A stretch of 63,594 nucleotides of DNA, the filler included, from Ministeria vibrans ATCC 50519 (Eukaryota; Protista; Filasterea): the NCBI GenBank assembly GCA_943704425.1. It is 8 parts of 8 records of this genome, joined end to end, with 100 filler letters (N's around TTAATTAATTAA, not from the genome) between each part and the next. Parts side by side here need not be neighbours in the genome. Positions count along the whole stretch, not along the records: positions 61,227 to 63,594 come from CALSCP010001485.1; 7 more parts are not named here. The stretch is one strand, 5' to 3'. Below, in pieces: positions 61,364-63,594 of this stretch. The stretch's first letter is position 1; every line of letters begins with the position of its first letter. Position numbers and translations under genes: made by a program. A model generated the notes under the pieces. The model made no database searches. It was not told where the DNA came from and saw nothing but the letters and a program-made list of their open reading frames with translations.

Positions 61364-63010
61364 TCACAAAATTGCAGTGTAGGCACGACGACGCGACTCG
61401 GAGGGGTGTTCGGTACAGAACAAGGAAGACTCGTCGGGATACGCCCGCATGGCAGTCTCGCGGAAGGAACTGGCAAGCTGCTTGAGGTCCATGACGGGAC
61501 GCTCGACGAGAGACGGGCGGCCAATGGAGGCATCATCATCGCCATCAAAATCGTCCATGTCATACCCCTCATCGTCGCCGTCATTGTCTTGTGTGTATCC
61601 ATCCGACGACGACTCCCCATTGCTTCCCAACCGCACGCGACGGTGTCGCCCTCCAACGCCCCCACGGCCAGCAGCACTGCTCCCACCTCGACCCGACCCG
61701 TACGGCGGCACCACCAACCGTCCTGTCATGCGTCGCGCACTCTCCACACTCGTTGTCGTGCTTGCACTCGACGCCCCTTCTTCATCATTCATCCGTCGTA
61801 TCACAGGCGCTCCTCCCCCCGCAAACCCTTCTTCTTCGTCCTTCCATCGGCCTCCAGACCCAATCGCCAGTGGCACCGACGTCCCCATCATCTTCGCCCC
61901 TCTCTCTCGCTCTTCTTCCTCTTCCCTTTCGCGCAATCTTCCATTCGTCTCGTCGTCGTCTTCATCCTCATCCTCATCCTCATCCTCATCGTCGTCTTCC
62001 TCTTCGTCGTTTTCTTCTTCTTCGTTGTCGTCGTCGTTTCTTCTTCTCCTGCGCTCCCCATCAAACGTTTCATCCGTATCCATTTGAAACAAATCATCTT
62101 TGAAAACAAAACAAACCCCCAAATTTAAGTCATTCGTGTGTGCATTCTTTGAGGTGTACCTTGAGACGAGTCGAGATTAAAGTGAATGCGCGGAGGAGGC
62201 TGGCTCTTGATGCGACGACGCGCATGAATAGAGTGGTGGTGGCGCGTGCGAGGAGACGCACTGGAGCGACTTTGCTGCTGCTGATGCAAGTGGGGTTGCA
62301 AGGCGCTCTTGTTGGTGGGCGTGCTGCTGTTGCTGTTATTTTGGGTTGTTGTGGCGCTGGTGGTGGTGTTGGCCAGTGCAAGGGTAATGGGTGACGGCAG
62401 TTGCTGCTGCGGCTGCTGCGGCTGCTGCTGCTGTTGTTGTTGTTGTTGCGGTGCGTTGTGTTGCAAGGGTTCTTTTTGCACAATATTTTGCCGCGTGTGT
62501 TTGAGTTGATGGTAGATGATGCAGTGGTAGACGCGCATTTTGTCAAGGTGAGCGCGGTCTTGCATGGCGCGAAACTGCTCATGCTGCAGCTGTGTGTACT
62601 GGCGAATGCGTTCTTCCATAGCTGTCTGTTCACGCTTGAGTGCGCCCGTCACGAGTGCCTGAAGCGACTCGAGTAGCTTTTCAGGATCAAAATCCGATGA
62701 GACAGTCGCGGAGGCGTCTAGTCGCTTGCTGTCAATGGATTCGTCACTTTGTTTTTTTTTTAAAAAAAAAAAAGAGACAGCAAAGGGATGGATGAGTTAC
62801 AAAAAAAGCAAGCGGGCGTAGTTACTTTGTGAGAATGTGAAAGATGGGCGAGTAGTTGCGATCGGAGCGTAGCCCTGCAATGTTCTCTTGGCCCACGGCA
62901 AGCAAGGTGTTGACGTAGCCCTTGCAGACGCGACTGCGTGCACCGGGGTCTTCAGCAGGCGGCAACATGGCAGCGACATAGATGCCACAGCACAGACAAA
63001 ACTCAACGTC
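61364..63010 (-). CDS. AKT1S1: PRAS40/AKT1S1 (Lobe)-like mTORC1 regulator, 5'-partial
   Basis: Exons 62826-63010, 62160-62728 and 61364-62097 splice in frame. Motifs CLCCG...I..L....NYS.IFHI, a coiled coil EERIRQY...Q, TOS-like LFQMD, GTSVP, DLKQLASSFR...D.SSLF and C-terminal RRRAYT (RxRxxT). Confidence 0.7.
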
Positions 63011-63535
63011 CTACAAACACACACACACACACAATACACACAATACACACAATACACAGAGTAAGAAGAAGCCAAAGGGTGCATGTCAACAGAAGGTCCC
63101 GTCTCGCACTCTCCCTCTCTCGCTCTCTTTCGCTGTTATTTGGCATGTCGCACTTTGGACGTTTACGTCAGACTCATTTTGGGAGATTGAGCGAATTTTC
63201 GTGTTCAAGACGAACCCAAACGATCGCTCGGAGAAGCAACCGCACCAAGAGAAACACTCTCCGTCGCAAGCAGCAGCGGCGAAAACGGCAGCGCAAACGT
63301 GGCGCGAGCGAGAGAGTTGTTATCGACGCGCGTTTTCCCCTCAACCCTCACACACACTCTCTCTCTCTCTCTGTCCCTCGCACACACACACACAGAGTAA
63401 GACGCATCCTTGCGATTGTGCTGCCGTGGCACCCCCCCACAGCCCACGACAGCCCGTCGCACCCACCCCATCCCAGCGTACATGCTGCATGCCCATCCAC
63501 CAACCGTATCCTTTAACGTTCCAGTCACGAGTTTC

Positions 63536-63594
<59 letters not shown>

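Overview
Eukaryotic, intron-rich (GT-AG), gene-dense genomic DNA. The gene content (iRhom, PRAS40/Lobe-like, PNUTS, Patched-family, EAR/EPTP propeller, PMCA with a CaM-binding tail, plus stand-alone fungal-type LYS1) suggests a unicellular holozoan such as a choanoflagellate. This taxonomic call is an inference. The window is not one contiguous locus: seven artificial N44-TTAATTAATTAA-N44 linkers join eight assembly pieces, so neighbourhood across linkers means nothing. About 24 protein-coding genes or gene fragments were reconstructed by hand across splice sites: UPF3, PMCA, a secreted cubilin-N-like/EGF/7xEAR protein, PSMA5, PARP1, COQ7, KLHDC4, TFIIS, an RNF115/126-like RING ligase, an ankyrin protein, KAR/HSD17B12, eIF2-beta, EFL1, LYS1, NUP155, an orphan multi-pass membrane protein, iRhom, a 1487-aa TPR/Sel1 protein, PNUTS, CSE1, a Patched/NPC1-like protein and a PRAS40-like protein. 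There is also a decayed hAT-like transposon with subterminal-type repeats, and a family of intron-resident repeats. The leading novelty candidate is the spliced gene at 49144-53946 (-). It encodes a predicted N-myristoylated TPR/Sel1 protein whose C-terminal region carries a CxD motif and a downstream helix pattern resembling the NEL (IpaH/SspH-type) E3 ubiquitin ligase domain known from bacterial effectors. All family comparisons were made from recalled motifs; no database search was run.
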